IMG/VR virus record: IMGVR_UViG_3300024520_000050
Location: 114,401-178,400 of that record
From: a virus
Reading direction: 5' to 3' (one strand)
Length of the DNA: 64,000 bases
Part shown: in pieces, positions 9,614 to 20,207 of the stretch
How the letters are laid out: each line of letters starts with the position of its first letter
How positions within the stretch are numbered: the first letter of the stretch is position 1
Translations under genes and position numbers: made by a program
Notes under the pieces: generated by a model
The model's database searches: none
Seen by the model: the letters and a program-made list of their open reading frames with translations, nothing else
Told to the model about the DNA's origin: nothing

Positions 9614-10681
9614 CTAAAATGGTACGTCATCATTTGTTGGCTCCTCAACTTTAGTTTCACCTTCACTTGGAAGATCATCTATTGTTACTTCTTGGAAACT
9701 TAATGAATTACCCCAGAAAGATTTCCATGGATACTCTTCATGAGTCAAGTGCTCTACAGCTTTCTTGCTCAATTTAGATTCTCCCAATTTACTTCCTGCT
9801 ACTATAACATCATCATAGTTATTAGTACGATCAGTTATACGGAATGTTGCTTCAAATCCAACAGGAAATACTGTAAATGGAGCTAAAACATCGTGATAGA
9901 TTTTATCACCATCTTGGTTAGGACGTACTCCTAAGAATAATCCTAATGGGTTGTTGGCTCCATCTTTAGTAAAATACTCTTTACCTTCAAAGTCTTGACC
10001 GCTATCAGCCATTAACATGTTTAATGCAGTATACTCACCGTTGAAAATATTATCGATTACTTCAGTTGGATCTTCGCCCAATACAAAATCATCAAGACGA
10101 GTTGATTTAGCATCATCTTCATCAATGCGGTGTCTGTCCAAAGTAGACATTCTAAATACCAAATCATATAAAGCTACTTCTCCTTGACGAGCAACACGTG
10201 CTGTAGCAGCATTAATACGACGTAGAGGATCTTTTTCTGAATAAGCAGAATCTTCAGCCTGAGCCTTCAATACTTGCTTCTCCATTGATGCTTTACCTGA
10301 TAAAAGGATCCATCCATTTTGATTATGCGCATCGATAATTTGTGTTTTACCAGATGTCTTTCCAACCACTGGACGGTTAGAAATGTAGATTTTATAATCT
10401 ACGAATACTTCATCACTATAAACTGGTTGTTTAAGTTTCAATGTAGTATTTGGGTTAAATTTACAAAGCAATGAAACAACGCGATAGTCATTCTCTTTAA
10501 TTACACGAAGGTAATTAGGTTCTTTAACATCGTATTGTGCAGGGATCTCTTTAATTCTACGCAAGTCATCTGCGTTAGGATTAAACATGATTGGAGTTGC
10601 ATATACTCCACCTGTAAATGTTGCTTTATAATTGATTTGTGCTCTTTCTGAACTTTCTTTAGTTCTGTTAGTTGATCTCAT
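9614..10681 (-). CDS. Single-stranded DNA-binding protein (putative)
   Basis: Acidic C-terminal tail ending DDVPF; position in the replication module. Confidence 0.65.
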   Translation of the reverse strand: MRSTNRTKESSERAQINYKATFTGGVYATPIMFNPNADDLRRIKEIPAQYDVKEPNYLRVIKENDYRVVSLLCKFNPNTTLKLKQPVYSDEVFVDYKIYISNRPVVGKTSGKTQIIDAHNQNGWILLSGKASMEKQVLKAQAEDSAYSEKDPLRRINAATARVARQGEVALYDLVFRMSTLDRHRIDEDDAKSTRLDDFVLGEDPTEVIDNIFNGEYTALNMLMADSGQDFEGKEYFTKDGANNPLGLFLGVRPNQDGDKIYHDVLAPFTVFPVGFEATFRITDRTNNYDDVIVAGSKLGESKLSKKAVEHLTHEEYPWKSFWGNSLSFQEVTIDDLPSEGETKVEEPTNDDVPF

Positions 10682-10730
10682 TAATATAATTATTATATAT
10701 CAATAATCTTCGTTATTTTTAATTTTATCT

Positions 10731-11246
10731 CTACTGTTGTACAATGTCAACAGTCTCTCCTTTGTTGAATTCTACTTCAACGTCAATTGTATCATCAGTT
10801 GATACGTTAGGCATATGATTCAATACATATGCTCCAGTTAATCCATCAATACCTGTGATATTAAATTCATTTGATTCTGTATTTGATACTTCAAATAAGT
10901 TACAAATTGTATTATGAATATCAGTACTTTTCACACAACGTGTTGCTGTGTGGATTTGATAACTTTTGTGTTGTTTTTTAGGTCCTTTTACTGTAATATC
11001 TTTTACAATACCAATAACTGAATCATATTCAACATCTTCAGTTTGTGAAATGTTGTATTCAGGAAACATAATTAAACGATTAGCAGCATCGCTTACACCT
11101 AAAACTTCCATAGCTTTACGATTAAGTTTAATTGTTGGACGTTTGCCGTCTACAACTGGAAGTGTAGTTAATACAGGTTCGTTCGGATACTTGTCTTGTT
11201 GAACGATAGTTATTGTTTCTGATTTTACTCTAGTTAAATCTAACAT
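10731..11246 (-). CDS. Hypothetical protein
   Basis: ORF between SSB and the RecT-like gene. Confidence 0.55.
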   Translation of the reverse strand: MLDLTRVKSETITIVQQDKYPNEPVLTTLPVVDGKRPTIKLNRKAMEVLGVSDAANRLIMFPEYNISQTEDVEYDSVIGIVKDITVKGPKKQHKSYQIHTATRCVKSTDIHNTICNLFEVSNTESNEFNITGIDGLTGAYVLNHMPNVSTDDTIDVEVEFNKGETVDIVQQ

Positions 11247-11287
11247 TAATGTTTTATTTAAATAATTTATAGTTGTTTGTTATTTTT

Positions 11288-11995
11288 TTAATTAATTGGA
11301 ATAGCATCGTTATTTGCGTCAATATCATACTCAGCTCTAGTAAACTCTACTACTTCATGGGTATCATATAATCCACCAATTACATCTGATGCAACTCCTC
11401 TCGCTCCACGTACTACACATCGTGCATACATCATGAAACGAGGTAATTTCTTCCAATTATCCTTACCTGTCCATTTTGCTTTAACAGCATCTGACCAATA
11501 GAAAGAATAATCTGAAGATATAGTCTTCTGCATATCTTTAAAGTATCTAGAAAATCTTATAGTTGTTACAAATTCAGGATGATCGTTAACTTTAACTTGT
11601 TCATCTTTATACGCAACATTACCTTCTGGATCTTTATAGTATTTGAAAACACCTTCTTCATCCGCTGGTAAGATTTTACCATCTTCTCCTCGTAAATAAG
11701 CAGGAGTTCTCTTCATTACAGGTTCCATATCTTTAATCAATTCAACTCCAATTCCTGCTTTTGCAAGAAGTCCTGGAATAACTGATGATTTTAAAGCTAC
11801 ATTGCCTTGAATTAAATGCATAGAGTTAACTGCTGTTAAAGGATCCATACCTAACTGGGCACCTTTATTTACAATTACTACTACGTCTTCTGCTTTTTTA
11901 ATACCAGCTGGTATTAAATTCTTGTCAATCATTATTTGTGCGCGTTGGAACATGTCGTCCGTATCGATTACAATTAATTGCTTGTCTTTATTCAC
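11288..11995 (-). CDS. RecT/Red-beta-like ssDNA annealing protein
   Basis: KGAQLGMDPLTAVNSMHLIQG; W.K.PR.MMYARC...GAR...SDVIGGLY. Confidence 0.8.
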   Translation of the reverse strand: MNKDKQLIVIDTDDMFQRAQIMIDKNLIPAGIKKAEDVVVIVNKGAQLGMDPLTAVNSMHLIQGNVALKSSVIPGLLAKAGIGVELIKDMEPVMKRTPAYLRGEDGKILPADEEGVFKYYKDPEGNVAYKDEQVKVNDHPEFVTTIRFSRYFKDMQKTISSDYSFYWSDAVKAKWTGKDNWKKLPRFMMYARCVVRGARGVASDVIGGLYDTHEVVEFTRAEYDIDANNDAIPIN

Positions 11996-12027
11996 TTAAT
12001 TTAATTTATCATAGTGATAAATATTCG

Positions 12028-12867
12028 TTATTTTTTAATACATCTTCCTGTATTCTTAAACTGATCGCAATAATCTTCAAATTCAACTAAATCAATTTCG
12101 ACAAAGTCAAAATACTTTAAGTTATTTAACATCGGTATAATTTGATCTGGTATTCCTTCTCTATTCTTCACTATATGCCAGTATATGAAGTCAATATCTT
12201 CACCCTTGTGTTCCAATCTAATTGGAAAGTTGTGGTCTGTATAGGACTTTAAATTCAATTTGCTGGGCATGTGAGTGAACATTATATAATCTGAATACTG
12301 CTCCATACTTGAAGCACCAAATAAATCACTTGAATTAGGATATTGCATACTTGGAATTTGTATTCTTTCTGGTTTTTTAATCTCTCTATTCATTTGAGAA
12401 AGTAAAATGAAAAATACACTTCCTCCTTCATATGAAATCTTCTTCTTCACACCATTTAATGTTGCCATTAATTGATCAATCTTATCTTTTTGATTATCAC
12501 CTTTAATAATAACAGCATGATCAATTTCTACAACTAAGTACTCACCGTCCTTACATAATTCTTTCCAATAATAATATACAGTTTCACCAATAACTTTGTG
12601 AGTTTGTGGTTCTTCTACATATAATAAAGGATAATCAAATAATTGACTATGAAACTTATTGAATACATATTCCATCCTACTTGCCGCTAACGGATGTTCA
12701 CTTGAATACAGTTCTTGTAATGTGATTTTACTCATATTAGCAATCTCTCTACCAATTGTTTTTTGCGCTAACATTTCAAAGTTAAAACTTAATCCTATGC
12801 TCTTTTGACCAGCATCTATTAAATTCTTATGAATACTATTTGATATTCTTTTACTCAATGTTGATTT
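12028..12867 (-). CDS. dnaB: DnaB-like replicative helicase, exon 2
   Basis: Begins KST (completing Walker A), FNFEM, EIDHA (Walker B), LSQMNR, DLFGASSMEQ, KNREG. Confidence 0.9.
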   Translation of the reverse strand, partial: KSTLSKRISNSIHKNLIDAGQKSIGLSFNFEMLAQKTIGREIANMSKITLQELYSSEHPLAASRMEYVFNKFHSQLFDYPLLYVEEPQTHKVIGETVYYYWKELCKDGEYLVVEIDHAVIIKGDNQKDKIDQLMATLNGVKKKISYEGGSVFFILLSQMNREIKKPERIQIPSMQYPNSSDLFGASSMEQYSDYIMFTHMPSKLNLKSYTDHNFPIRLEHKGEDIDFIYWHIVKNREGIPDQIIPMLNNLKYFDFVEIDLVEFEDYCDQFKNTGRCIKK

Positions 12868-13983
12868 CAAATTGTTATTATCTATGAGCTTTTTATCTCA
12901 TACTCTGGAAGTTTCCCTCATTTTCATCAGTTGGTCAATTCCAACTCAGTTTAGCGTACATTTTCATCTACTAGAGATGGTGGATACTCTTGGATCTATT
13001 ATATTCTGTTTCCAGTTTCAAGACCTACGCGTTACGGTACTTAATAGTTGTTAATCTATTAAGTTACCACGGTATTAGGATGCTAAACCCTTCACCGTAT
13101 TTACCCACTAATAATTTGGAAAATCGCTTTTCCAAGCGGCAAATCCATTTTGTTTAAATATTTTATACCTTATTAATTTTCTTTCTAAATAAACAGTAGA
13201 ATGATCATACATTAATCCTAGTAGCTTTGCAGCTTTAATACCAGACCAACGAACCATTTCTACATCAGTTCCTTTCTTTTTTGAATAATTTCTTTTTTCA
13301 TTAAGAAAATTACATATTGCGTCTAACATATACTTATTAGAAACTATATTAATTACAAGAGATCGTTTCCCTTCTTTATTTGTATTACCAAAAGTGATAC
13401 AACCATCCCCATCAAAATAACCTCTAATAAAATCTATTTTAAGATTCTTAGGTATGTTCGGAATAGAATTAATTGACCATGTCTTATTAGGGACACAACC
13501 CAAAGAAATTAAATCTTGACTTATCTGCTTACATCTTATACTAAGTCTGTAAGCATTTAATTTAGATCTATATGTAATCTTACAATCACTACCTAAGAAT
13601 TTTTTAAAATTTTCAATATGTGTTTTATCAGATTCTTTTAAGGTTAGATTAATTTTATTCCCTGTTGGACTTACGTAACCATCAGCATATAAAAATCCTA
13701 ACCAATAAGCTTTTTCTTCAGTATCAATTTTTGAAAAGATATTCTTTTTTAATCCTAATTGTTGATTTTGTTTATTTATAACAACTATACCATTCTTTTT
13801 TAAGTATTTTGATATAGTTGCGCGGCTAACAGGATATTGCTTACTAAGTGAGGAGCAACTCTCACCGTCTTCATATCCTTTAATTATAGCTTTTCCAATT
13901 TTTAATTCATTTATTTTTCCCATAATTTAATATAGGTATAATATTTAAACAGAACGTTACAATCATTTATTAATTGTACCATT
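12868..13983 (-). mobile_element. Group I intron (1116 nt) in the helicase Walker A motif
   Basis: The 5' exon ends in U and the intron ends in G. Splicing gives SGLSGAG|KST. Core elements: UACGGUGAA...AAUACCGUG, P7 GCGUA/UACGC, P9 hairpins. Confidence 0.9.
13108..13923 (-). CDS. Intron-encoded LAGLIDADG homing endonuclease
   Basis: YWLGFLYADG and FIRGYFDGDG motifs, N-terminal HTH. Confidence 0.95.
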   Translation of the reverse strand: MGKINELKIGKAIIKGYEDGESCSSLSKQYPVSRATISKYLKKNGIVVINKQNQQLGLKKNIFSKIDTEEKAYWLGFLYADGYVSPTGNKINLTLKESDKTHIENFKKFLGSDCKITYRSKLNAYRLSIRCKQISQDLISLGCVPNKTWSINSIPNIPKNLKIDFIRGYFDGDGCITFGNTNKEGKRSLVINIVSNKYMLDAICNFLNEKRNYSKKKGTDVEMVRWSGIKAAKLLGLMYDHSTVYLERKLIRYKIFKQNGFAAWKSDFPNY

Positions 13984-14214
13984 ACCCGCACCAGATAAAC
14001 CACTTAGGGTCAGTATGGTGTTAGGTTCTAACATTAAAGCTTTATTCAATCGTTCATAACATGTATTAAGGAAGACTATTTCACCATTAGCTCTCTTACG
14101 TATATACTCTTTATTCTGCATTACTGCTTGAGCTTGAGTCATTATACGTGGTAACCCTAAAGGTTTATTCTTAAGAGAGTTTAATTTTTCTTTTAGTTCC
14201 TTGTGTGTCCCCAT
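13984..14214 (-). CDS. dnaB: DnaB-like replicative helicase, exon 1
   Basis: Ends ILTLSGLSGAG. The spliced product would be 356 aa. Confidence 0.9.
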
Positions 14215-14743
14215 TATTATGAATATTCATTGCTATCTTATATTCGTTTGATTCCATACTTCTTTCAATCATTGCATCAACGTTAGAAGTATTATTTAAC
14301 CAGGCTTCTAAACCCTGCATGAATTCTAATTTATTGTCACTTACTTGTGAAGCTTTAACTCTAAACCAGACTTCGTATCTTACTGCGTTTTGTACAGCTT
14401 CCATATTGTACGATTCCTCTATCAATGTTTGGATACGTTTCTTTATTCTTGTCTTATTACCACTTCTAAGATTACGTCCATCTATACTTAGATGTGCTCC
14501 TGCATTAGTAGGAAATTCAACTCGAATAAGATCGTACCATTCCTCAAGACTTTTACTCTTGTTCTCTGTAATTGATATTGATTCAGCTGTAGTATTTAAA
14601 TCACAATTAATTGTAATTGGATAACACTCACCTATCAAGTTTGCTTTTGTATACAATATGAATTTATTATCACCTTGAGGTTCTATTATAGATTGTTTTA
14701 CCAATTCATTCAGAAACTCTTCAGTACATACTAATTTACTCAA
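14171..14743 (-). CDS. Hypothetical protein, possible replication initiator/loader
   Basis: Directly upstream of the helicase; FMQGLEAWLN motif; function inferred from position only. Confidence 0.4.
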   Translation of the reverse strand: MSKLVCTEEFLNELVKQSIIEPQGDNKFILYTKANLIGECYPITINCDLNTTAESISITENKSKSLEEWYDLIRVEFPTNAGAHLSIDGRNLRSGNKTRIKKRIQTLIEESYNMEAVQNAVRYEVWFRVKASQVSDNKLEFMQGLEAWLNNTSNVDAMIERSMESNEYKIAMNIHNNGDTQGTKRKIKLS

Positions 14744-14863
14744 TTTATTAAATTTATTGTTTATATTATTAGTTTGTTTGATTGCGTTTCAGTAACTTAA
14801 TATACGCAATTTTATTGAGTTTGGCCTACTAAGATAGTTAATCTTGTAATCATAACTCATTGA

Positions 14864-15160
14864 TTATGAATATTTTTTCCAAAGCTGCTCAAAATCTTTA
14901 TGATTTCTTATGATTCTAAGCATACCCCATTCTTCAAATTCACTTAACGCAAATATAGCTTCATTTCCTGCATTGTCAGATGTCTTATATTCCTTACAAA
15001 AAGGCCATCTCAATTCCATATACATATAAAATTTAACATCAAGTAAACTATACTTAGCTCTCATTAATTGAAACCCTAATTTATAGTGTTTGTTATCAAT
15101 GAGATGCTTCAAGTTTTCTCGTTCACTTAGTGTGAACTTCTTTAATTGTGGATATATCAT
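14864..15160 (-). CDS. Hypothetical protein
   Basis: ORF in operon. Confidence 0.5.
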   Translation of the reverse strand: MIYPQLKKFTLSERENLKHLIDNKHYKLGFQLMRAKYSLLDVKFYMYMELRWPFCKEYKTSDNAGNEAIFALSEFEEWGMLRIIRNHKDFEQLWKKYS

Positions 15161-15172
15161 AATCTTTTGTTT

Positions 15173-15529
15173 TTATTTCCCGTCCAATATCCATTTATAT
15201 GTTTGTTCATATGCATAAGTCATACCTTTACGTCTAGCTTTTGTTATAGTAAAACTATTAATAAACGAATAAAAATTACTAAATTTACGTTTACCTTTAA
15301 AATATTTCTCACAAAAATACTGAGGTTCATCGCAATCAAACCAACTACTCTTATACTTCTTAAACTGAACATACATCCATTCTTCAGCAGTAGTTCGACC
15401 AACACCATGTATACTTCTTAACAGTTTAAAAGCAATATGCCAATTAACTGGATCATTAGTATTTATGAATGTCAATAACTTTTGTTCTACATCTTTAGTT
15501 ATTGGACTAAAATCGAATCCTTGTTTCAT
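15173..15529 (-). CDS. Hypothetical protein
   Basis: ORF in operon. Confidence 0.5.
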   Translation of the reverse strand: MKQGFDFSPITKDVEQKLLTFINTNDPVNWHIAFKLLRSIHGVGRTTAEEWMYVQFKKYKSSWFDCDEPQYFCEKYFKGKRKFSNFYSFINSFTITKARRKGMTYAYEQTYKWILDGK

Positions 15530-15540
15530 TTTTAATTAAT

Positions 15541-15900
15541 TTATGGATCATCACAACAAGGTGCCGTAGGAAACTCTGTAGCTTCTGTATTGCTTACGTA
15601 TTTTTCAATCCATCCGCCATCTCCTTCGTTAAAATAACAAACTCCCCAATAACTGGGTGTATGTGGTAATTCATCAAGCTCATTACTTTCTACAAGTTCT
15701 ACAATTAATTTTTGTAAATCTGGCCAATTATTATGCAATGTACACTTCCAACATAAAGGAGGATGTTTCTTTTTTAACATGTATAAGAGTTGATATTTAT
15801 ACTTTATATCCATTTCAGATACCAAGTTAATTGCTAACTTAGTAAAGATTAAATCATCAGACTTAACCAACTCCATCAGTGATGTTGTTGTTTTATTCAT
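15541..15900 (-). CDS. Hypothetical protein
   Basis: ORF in operon. Confidence 0.5.
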   Translation of the reverse strand: MNKTTTSLMELVKSDDLIFTKLAINLVSEMDIKYKYQLLYMLKKKHPPLCWKCTLHNNWPDLQKLIVELVESNELDELPHTPSYWGVCYFNEGDGGWIEKYVSNTEATEFPTAPCCDDP

Positions 15901-15901
15901 A

Positions 15902-17842
15902 TTAAAATAAACTATAGTTAAAATCTACAATAGAATTAATTATCTTATTTGCCTCACGTGTATAATAGTTATAGTTAATATCCCATTCTTCTTGCTCTAC
16001 AAATTTATTTAAAATACTCACTTTGTATGCTCTTCCTTTTTGAGGATTAGCTTCCATTTGAGATTCACTACCACAATCATATCGCTTAACAAAATGACCA
16101 CCAATCTTATTACTAATATAATATCGATTAGTTTTTTGTAAAACTGTTTCAGTAATCACTCCATCTTTTACTTCTTTAAGAAGCATTTTAGGCATTCCTT
16201 TAACTGTTTTCTTAGTCTTTTTTGCTAAACAAAAATCAAATATTCCATGGTTTTTTATCTTACCATAATCTCCTGTAGTTAAATGATTTTCAATCGTTTC
16301 TCTAATAGGAATTCCATCAGTGAAATATCTAGATACAGCAATTGATACTACTCTTTTAGAATGATCTTTATGATATTGTAATTCTCCTTTCATCTCTTTA
16401 TCTATCTCAAAAGTACCTTTATACTTAATCTTACCATTTGTATAGACAGCTGCATAGTTATTTACATCTCTAGTAATTAACTTACTATAATGCGAATCCT
16501 CTAGTTCTAACTTTGTCAAATCCTCCCACCACTTTACAATAGCGTGCATTTCATCTAATTTATCTTTATGAATTTTTATTACAATACCATCTGTATTAGC
16601 TTGTAACACAGTAGCTATGTTTGCAAATTTCTCTGCTAACATCGTCAATAATAATTGTCCATTGATAGTAATTGACATAGTAAATTTAGGATCATATAAA
16701 TAACTATATTGGTCATTACTTTTGCCGTATGTACCATTTAATGCCAATTTTAAACCAGCATCAATAACCTTATCTCCACTCTTCTTAGCCGCTCTCCTTG
16801 TATTATAAATCTCTTCATAAATTTCACAGAATACTTCTCCCAAATGTTCAGGATATAAATTATTTTTAATACTCAAATTAGGGTAATAAGAAGCAACATC
16901 CCAATCAATTAAATGATATTCTTCATCAGCTTCGTAAACTCCAGGTGCACAATTACCATGAATACCACCAAGACCATATACATACTCAAGTCCTTTATGT
17001 ATCACTTTAAGGTCTTTAAATACACCTTTAGTTTCTGTGATTGTTTTATTCTTCAAAAATGATAACAAATCATTGAACTCCTTAGATTCAAATTCAACAT
17101 AGTCAAATATACATTCACCTAAGTCAATTTCTGGACGGTAAGTACGTTGATCTCTCAATTGAGCCCAAGTTAAATTTTGTTTCTCACATATAATCTTAGC
17201 AAATATTTCTGATCCTATCTTAGGATCATTTGCGTTAAGTAGTGATAGTCCATATTGTTTTGATATTTTCTTTCTTAATTCAATTTTACCTATACATTCT
17301 AAATATAACTGGTGAGTAGCTAGTACATCATTAAAGTTATACTCCATTGTAGGTTTAATCTGACCTTCAGTAAGCATGTGGTCATGTGCAAATGGTAAGT
17401 CTTGAATATTCTTCCATCTTATTGCAAACTCACACCATTTCAAACCAACCATCTTAGCACGATTATTAAAATGATTAATTAGAAATAAATCTAACTGTGG
17501 AACTCTAGTATTCTTTGGAGAAATACTACAGAATTCACTTCCGATAATCTTGTTTGCAATTGTCTTAATTATTTTAGCTTTCTCATCTCCAGTTTTATTT
17601 TTAAACTGATATGGTTTAGTTAAAATTTTATGGATGACGGGGTAATCGAATCCAATATTATTGAATCCAATCATCCCTTTCATCTCATCGCTTAATGTGA
17701 ATTTAACAAACTCACTTAAATCATCTTGCCATTCACATACAACAAAATCACGTCTTTCATGTGTATCTATATTATAATAAATACAACTAAAAAAGTTACC
17801 AAAAGTCTCGATATCATATACCCAAACTTTTCTATTGACCAA
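15902..17842 (-). CDS. polB: Family B DNA polymerase with 3'-5' exonuclease domain
   Basis: Exo I YDIET, Exo II FNNIGFD; motif A DVASYYP, motif B KLALNGTYG, motif C NTDG. Confidence 0.95.
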   Translation of the reverse strand: MVNRKVWVYDIETFGNFFSCIYYNIDTHERRDFVVCEWQDDLSEFVKFTLSDEMKGMIGFNNIGFDYPVIHKILTKPYQFKNKTGDEKAKIIKTIANKIIGSEFCSISPKNTRVPQLDLFLINHFNNRAKMVGLKWCEFAIRWKNIQDLPFAHDHMLTEGQIKPTMEYNFNDVLATHQLYLECIGKIELRKKISKQYGLSLLNANDPKIGSEIFAKIICEKQNLTWAQLRDQRTYRPEIDLGECIFDYVEFESKEFNDLLSFLKNKTITETKGVFKDLKVIHKGLEYVYGLGGIHGNCAPGVYEADEEYHLIDWDVASYYPNLSIKNNLYPEHLGEVFCEIYEEIYNTRRAAKKSGDKVIDAGLKLALNGTYGKSNDQYSYLYDPKFTMSITINGQLLLTMLAEKFANIATVLQANTDGIVIKIHKDKLDEMHAIVKWWEDLTKLELEDSHYSKLITRDVNNYAAVYTNGKIKYKGTFEIDKEMKGELQYHKDHSKRVVSIAVSRYFTDGIPIRETIENHLTTGDYGKIKNHGIFDFCLAKKTKKTVKGMPKMLLKEVKDGVITETVLQKTNRYYISNKIGGHFVKRYDCGSESQMEANPQKGRAYKVSILNKFVEQEEWDINYNYYTREANKIINSIVDFNYSLF

Positions 17843-18251
17843 GACGTGTTAATTTAATACCTTTCATATTTGTTATGCTAATGGTATTTCTAATATCTAC
17901 ACTTTTCCATTGATCATTTTGATCTTGAAATAATAAGTAACCGCTTTCATTTCTGAAATCATTACCACGCTTGTAGTATTCAGTTTTATTTTCTCCTTGG
18001 TGTTGTTTTATTACTCTTGCAATTACTTGAGAATGACCTGGACCATTAATCTCACTTAATTTTAAATCAGCGATTTCATCCATAGCAGTTTGTAGTTGAG
18101 CTAATTCAGTTTCTCGATTGGGTAATTTGTTATATTCAATCTTGACAAATTCTCCAATGTTCAATTGCTCGACAATGTCAAACAAATTTTTATGCGTTGT
18201 ACCATACTCAGTAGTATGATGATTATCTAATACTTGCTTAATTTTATTCAT
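17832..18251 (-). CDS. Hypothetical protein
   Basis: ORF in operon. Confidence 0.55.
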   Translation of the reverse strand: MNKIKQVLDNHHTTEYGTTHKNLFDIVEQLNIGEFVKIEYNKLPNRETELAQLQTAMDEIADLKLSEINGPGHSQVIARVIKQHQGENKTEYYKRGNDFRNESGYLLFQDQNDQWKSVDIRNTISITNMKGIKLTRLGQ

Positions 18252-19077
18252 CTTCTTTCTTATTTAATCTAGTTAATATAAGTTCATCCATTTCTTTATC
18301 ATTAATGAAAACGGACTCATTTTGTTTTCTTTCTTGTTTTTCTCTATACTTTCTTTTATGAGTAATCCTATCATACTGTCTTGACGACATACTATCATAT
18401 GTAGTAAACTCAACTAATTGAGATCTACGCATACTTTCCGAAGGATTTAAACATTTAAGGACTCTAATATTTCGCATTGTAGTCCAATTTGTTTCCCACC
18501 CAAAACCATCTGTTATGAATCTAACTTTCCATCGTTCATAAGAGAATATACTTGGTCGCCAGATTCCTCTGTCCTGTTGTACAAATCTAATAATATAATA
18601 ATCATCATATTCATTTAATACAGTACCAATTCTCTTTATAGAATTTTGATGCTTCTTACGATATTTAGCGAGGACTTTTACCATTTTTCCAAATTCATTC
18701 AATTCATCTTTTCTTAATTTAATAAGATCTCGATATAATCTTCTACAATAAATACTTGGCTTCTTGGTTTTTGTACCTTTAAAGAAATTAATTAATCTAT
18801 TATATTTAATTATACGTTGTTTAGATTCTTCATTATATTCCTTCTCATCTTCTGGTTTAAGTTTCTCATCATAAAGATAATACGAATCGCCACTTCTAAT
18901 CTTTTCAAGTAGAATAGCTTCTCCTTCATAGTCTACTTCTTCCTGATAATCAGTATAAATATCAACATGATTATTCTTTGTTAGAGTTGTGTTTATTTTT
19001 ACTTTTCTTCTCATACTTCTTGTCAAGTCCGTGAAAATGCTGCATTGACTCATTGCATTGTTGTTGATACTTGCCAA
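18244..19077 (-). CDS. Hypothetical basic protein
   Basis: 277-aa ORF in operon. Confidence 0.55.
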   Translation of the reverse strand: MASINNNAMSQCSIFTDLTRSMRRKVKINTTLTKNNHVDIYTDYQEEVDYEGEAILLEKIRSGDSYYLYDEKLKPEDEKEYNEESKQRIIKYNRLINFFKGTKTKKPSIYCRRLYRDLIKLRKDELNEFGKMVKVLAKYRKKHQNSIKRIGTVLNEYDDYYIIRFVQQDRGIWRPSIFSYERWKVRFITDGFGWETNWTTMRNIRVLKCLNPSESMRRSQLVEFTTYDSMSSRQYDRITHKRKYREKQERKQNESVFINDKEMDELILTRLNKKEDE

Positions 19078-19477
19078 TTAGTATACTTCCCCACAACTTG
19101 TAGAAATTAATATCTAATAGGTGTTGTCCTAATGTTCGAGCTGTTTTCTTAGGAATCTTGTCAAATGAACGTTCATTCATCATAGCACAAATCAATGCGT
19201 CAGTAGCACTTTCTTCCATACTCCTTACAACATCATTATAACTACCTACATTTCCTATATGTAATGGATATTTAATCATTACCCCTTTCATTAAACACTC
19301 TTCCCCTGTAATCGTTAGCATTAATTCACCTTTGATATTTGGTTTAAATTGTATTAACTCGAGGGATAACAAACTGTCAACTACTTTTTTCCAATTGTCG
19401 GTCAATTCATAGTCTTTCCCGGCTCGAACAATTAACAAGCATGCTTGCTGCATATCCGATAATTCAAAATTATTCAT
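18971..19477 (-). CDS. Hypothetical protein (possible winged-helix N-terminus)
   Basis: ORF in operon. Confidence 0.5.
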   Translation of the reverse strand: MNNFELSDMQQACLLIVRAGKDYELTDNWKKVVDSLLSLELIQFKPNIKGELMLTITGEECLMKGVMIKYPLHIGNVGSYNDVVRSMEESATDALICAMMNERSFDKIPKKTARTLGQHLLDINFYKLWGSILIGKYQQQCNESMQHFHGLDKKYEKKSKNKHNSNKE

Positions 19478-20207
19478 TATTTTCTGATATTAAGTTAATT
19501 AATCCTGGACTAAGCTTAATATGATCGTTATTTCTCATCCATTTAATATATCTACTTTCATTAATAATTAAATCAGTAATGGTACGACCCATGTGCTTTC
19601 CAAATTTCATTGTGTATTCTGGATTACTTATTGTTGCTCCAGATAGATCATCATATGACAAAATATAATCTTGCCACGGATATCTTTGCTTATTTAATAA
19701 TTTAAGTATATCAACACATGCTATAACATCATTCTTTGCATCATGTGCATTTAAATCCTTTCCAATTAAATATTTATGTACACATTCTAATGTAAGTCGA
19801 TCTAATGATTTAAGTATTTCACTTGGTATTACATTTTTAATAATGTAAAATAAGTCAATAAACTTTGTATTCTTTAAATTCAAATTGACATTATTTCGTG
19901 TAAATAAACTAAGCATCAACGGTACATCATATTTGCAAATATTATATCCACATAAATATTCACTTTGTTCGAATAAGTTAGTTACAGGTTTAACAAGATT
20001 GAGAAAGATTGGTTTATCTTCTACATCTTCTTTTGATATACCATGTACATTACTTGCTGCTTCTGGGATGACCATTTGAGGATTAATCAAACTATCAATT
20101 GTACGCTTTTTCTTATAGTTAACTGCATAAATAGATACAATACCAATAGTATCTATTTTTAATCCAGTTGTTTCTAAATCGAAATACGTTATGTTTTCTT
20201 TTTTCAT
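19470..20207 (-). CDS. DEDDh 3'-5' exonuclease (DnaQ-like) with ExoX-like C-terminal domain
   Basis: FDLETTG, GYNICKYD, AHDAKNDV; C-terminal MKFGKHMG...YIKWM. Confidence 0.9.
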   Translation of the reverse strand: MKKENITYFDLETTGLKIDTIGIVSIYAVNYKKKRTIDSLINPQMVIPEAASNVHGISKEDVEDKPIFLNLVKPVTNLFEQSEYLCGYNICKYDVPLMLSLFTRNNVNLNLKNTKFIDLFYIIKNVIPSEILKSLDRLTLECVHKYLIGKDLNAHDAKNDVIACVDILKLLNKQRYPWQDYILSYDDLSGATISNPEYTMKFGKHMGRTITDLIINESRYIKWMRNNDHIKLSPGLINLISENNE

